Shown here in pieces: positions 62,056 through 64,000 of a stretch of DNA of 64,000 nucleotides. The notes beneath the pieces are model-generated. The model saw only the letters and a program-made list of their open reading frames with translations, made no database searches and was not told the DNA's origin. Position numbers and translations under genes: made by a program. Origin of the DNA: Vitrella brassicaformis CCMP3155 (lineage: Eukaryota; Protista; Chromerida); contig CDMY01000206.1 of the NCBI GenBank assembly GCA_001179505.1, positions 103,344-167,343 of the forward strand, read 5' to 3'. The first letter of the stretch is position 1, and each line of letters opens with the position of its first letter.

Positions 62056-62572
62056 ATGACGGATCCCTTGAAGAGCCTCAAGATCAAACACGGCGTCCTC
62101 AAGCGCACCAAGAAGGACCTCCTAGTGTACCAAAAGGAGATGGAGAAGGTCCGCAACACCGTCGCAAAGATGAAGGTAGGTTGCCAAGCAAAACCAGCCC
62201 ATCTCGACTCATGGCTCATGAATGGCTTCCCTGATCTCTCTCTGTGTGTGGTGGGTGTCTGTATGTTTTCAGGAGGACAACAAGGACCCCCACGACATCA
62301 AGCAGCAGGAGGAGGTGCTCAAGGAGACGACCGACATGGTCCCCGAGACGCAGAAGCGGCTCAAGGAGGCGTATGCAGACGTGGAGCAGCTGCTGGCCCT
62401 CAACTTCAGTGACGAGATGGGCAAGCTGCCCGAGGAGCCCATCCCGGAGGATGCTGAGCTGAGCGACCTGCAGAAGGAGCTGGCTGGCGTGCGGACCACC
62501 ATGAAGGACACACGGGAGGTGTTGCCCGATGTGGCTGAGGTGGCCGGAGCAGCAGGCGAGGGCGAGATTTAG
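62056..62572 (+). CDS. TBCA: Tubulin-folding cofactor A
   Basis: LKSLKIKHGVLKRTKKDLLVYQKE...MK|EDNKDPHDIKQQEEVLKETTDMVPETQKRLKEA; two exons. Confidence 0.9.
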
Positions 62573-63700
62573 ATTGTGTCTTAGTCGCTGCCTAGTTGTG
62601 TAGATGCGTGTGTGTGAGAAAAGGGGTGAGCAGGTGGGTGTGTGGGTGGGCGGTGTGTACAGGGTGATTGAGTGAGGAATGTGAGTGGCTGGCTGCGTAG
62701 TGTCGATAGATGCAACCCCCGCCAGCCGAGACGAGAGACTCTATCAAGATGCAACTCTTGATTAGGTTGACATATTGGTGAAATTGTCCACGGTCATGCC
62801 TGCGGCCACTGCTTCCTTCACTGAAGCTTCCTTCTTACCTAGTATGCGCTCACACAAGAGGGGACGATACTCAGCCATTCGTATGCTCTGTGTGTGTGTA
62901 AGGGTGCCAGGAATGTGGGTGTTTTGGACGTGCGTGGGTTGCTTTGTTGGACAGTGTGTGTGTGTAGCCTGTCGGAGTTTTTGCTGCCACCCTCCATCTC
63001 GTTGGCCTTTCATTCGTCGCCTGGCACTCGCCTCGCTGTCTCCCTCCCTTGCTGGCTGCATGTGTGTGTGCGGGAGTATGTGAGCATGTGAGTGTGTGTG
63101 TGTCCCATCGCCTACCGATCATTTCTCCACTTCCTGCTTGCATGCCTTGACGTGTGCTGCCGTGTCGACCGTGCCACTTCATCTGCCTACAGCCGTGACG
63201 TTGGGTGCGTGCGTGTCCAGCCAGACGTACCGAGACTCCATCTGCCATATGCCCCTCTCCTCGCTGCCCACCGGTCTCCTGGCCTGCCGTGTGTCGACTG
63301 TTCTTCCTCTCATGGACATCGACCACAGCGATGGGCAGGAACCGCGCAGTGGGTTCCTGTTCCATCCGTGTGGCTCGCGGTCTTGGGGCGAAGTACAGAC
63401 GACACACGCAGGCCAAGCCAGTACTTCTGGCATGTGCGCGTCGATGATGGTGCCTCAAGAGTGGCTTCCATGTTGCCCCTCTTAAGACACCAATCGACGC
63501 CAATGTGACCTTCATTCGACGCTGGGTTGGCCGATTTAAGACTGCTTTGCACACGCCCACACCGCACACTCAGTCATCGACAAGCCACATTCTTGACCAA
63601 CTCTACACAGGCAGAAAAGATGCTCAACAAACTGTGAGTTGTTTTCCCACACGTGTACTATGTTCGACACCACCAGCACAAAGCACTGTTTGACTTTCCA

Positions 63701-63734
63701 TTTGTGAAATTGGCGAGAATTCTCGTCGGGAGAC
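63701..63734. repeat. 34-nt dispersed element, copy 2
   Basis: TTTGTGAAATTGGCGAGAATTCTCGTCGGGAGAC is the reverse complement of 46479-46512. Confidence 0.9.
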
Positions 63735-63909
63735 ACGTCACGAAAAAGAGAAACGTAACACCTTACCGCTTTCGTGCCGTCGTGCCTTGTTTTCCAGCTC
63801 GTCACGCGTCATCTCGTTCTACTCTATATCTCCTCTCGTTGGTTTAAAGGCAAGCGTCTTGGTGGTCGAAAACTGGCTGCGAGCCACGAAAACCGACCTC
63901 TGAGCCCAA

Positions 63910-64000
63910 AACCAGCTTTGCACAGTGCAAAACCGGTTTTCTCTATCGCAAACCGGTTTTCTCTGTCGCAAAACCGGTTTTGCACTGTGCAAAGCTGGTT
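63910..64000. repeat. Perfect 31-bp inverted repeat with nested palindromes (may extend past the window; MITE/foldback-like)
   Basis: 63910-63940 AACCAGCTTTGCACAGTGCAAAACCGGTTTT is the exact reverse complement of 63970-64000. Confidence 0.9.

Noticed and set aside
52666-62572. IFT27, TBCA and the GKKVF-motif gene (20580-22113) as a possible flagellar gene cluster
   Set aside because: Separated by unrelated genes; no evidence of co-regulation beyond chance proximity.
62762-63569. Minus-strand ORFs (MAEYRPLLCERILGKK...; MEQEPTARFLP...)
   Set aside because: No recognisable motif or consistent exon chain; cannot be supported as a gene.
1-64000. Abundant (TG)n, (CAGA)n, (GGAT)n, (GCCT)n and (CAG)n repeats and the many CVCVCV/THTHTH ORFs
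   Set aside because: Ordinary intronic and intergenic microsatellites of this genome; the ORFs are shadow translations.
1-64000. tRNA/rRNA genes, transposase or reverse-transcriptase ORFs
   Set aside because: No convincing tRNA cloverleaf with D/T-loop consensus, rRNA segment, or DDE/RT motif was recognised by eye; tRNAscan-SE and Rfam would be needed to exclude them.

Overview
Eukaryotic nuclear DNA: GC-rich, many short GT-AG introns full of (TG)n/(CA)n/(CAGA)n/(GGAT)n/(GCCT)n microsatellites, and four 300-N placeholder gaps. Style and gene families suggest a chromerid alga, most likely Vitrella brassicaformis (inference). Confidently recognisable genes: an extended SDR/epimerase, a BTB-TLDc protein, cryptochrome DASH, DENR, an HPR/OPR-type repeat protein, IFT27, a CAX Ca2+/H+ exchanger, mitochondrial L7/L12 and TBCA. 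There are also four lineage-specific F-box/LRR-like genes and several hypothetical genes. About 28-46 kb is an accessory zone of duplicated and degenerate genes, including a cryptic CLK/LAMMER kinase pseudogene. Top observations: (i) intact genes are mostly arranged as tight head-to-head pairs, and the 10-mer AGCTCGCAGA recurs six times, by manual reading only in these divergent promoters; (ii) a 112-nt near-perfect hairpin; (iii) other strong inverted repeats and a 34-nt dispersed palindromic element; (iv) inverted paralog pairs, one with an intron more conserved than its exons. All gene models were spliced by eye, so boundaries are approximate.
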